Part shown: one piece after another, positions 21,883-21,888 of the stretch
Numbering within the stretch: position 1 is the first letter of the stretch
How the letters are laid out: each line of letters begins with the position of its first letter
NCBI GenBank assembly: GCA_024626585.2
Contig: JANKJI020000002.1
Location: 177,552,328-177,574,215 of the forward strand
Length of the DNA: 21,888 nt
From: Ginkgo biloba
Lineage: Eukaryota > Plantae > Ginkgophyta
Reading direction: 5' to 3'
The notes under the pieces: generated by a model
Database searches by the model: none
What the model saw: the letters and a program-made list of their open reading frames with translations, nothing else
What the model was told of the DNA's origin: nothing
Program-made: the position numbers and the translations under genes

Positions 21883-21888
21883 TCGCCA

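Overview
AT-rich (roughly 30% GC by eye), CpG-depleted, gap-riddled draft scaffold of a land-plant nuclear genome. The retroelement types and decay pattern look gymnosperm-like, but that is an inference. I see no intact host gene, rRNA/tRNA gene or CRISPR array. The window is a graveyard of retroelements: (1) a decayed non-chromovirus (Tat/Athila-type) Ty3/gypsy pol, RT-RNaseH-integrase, on + (about 2545-5168); (2) three diverged, staggered copies of a segment carrying a long decayed minus-strand ORF that I cannot assign to a known domain (about 6128-12770), with an upstream TAGGTGA-motif repeat array; (3) two copies of a Ty1/copia LTR + tRNA-Met PBS + leader on the minus strand, one LTR having a PPT/RNase H end on one side and a PBS on the other; (4) a tRNA-derived SINE candidate with an 18-bp target-site duplication (17178-17380); (5) several tandem repeats. 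Many gaps are 100 N (probably unknown size), so adjacency between contigs is not guaranteed.
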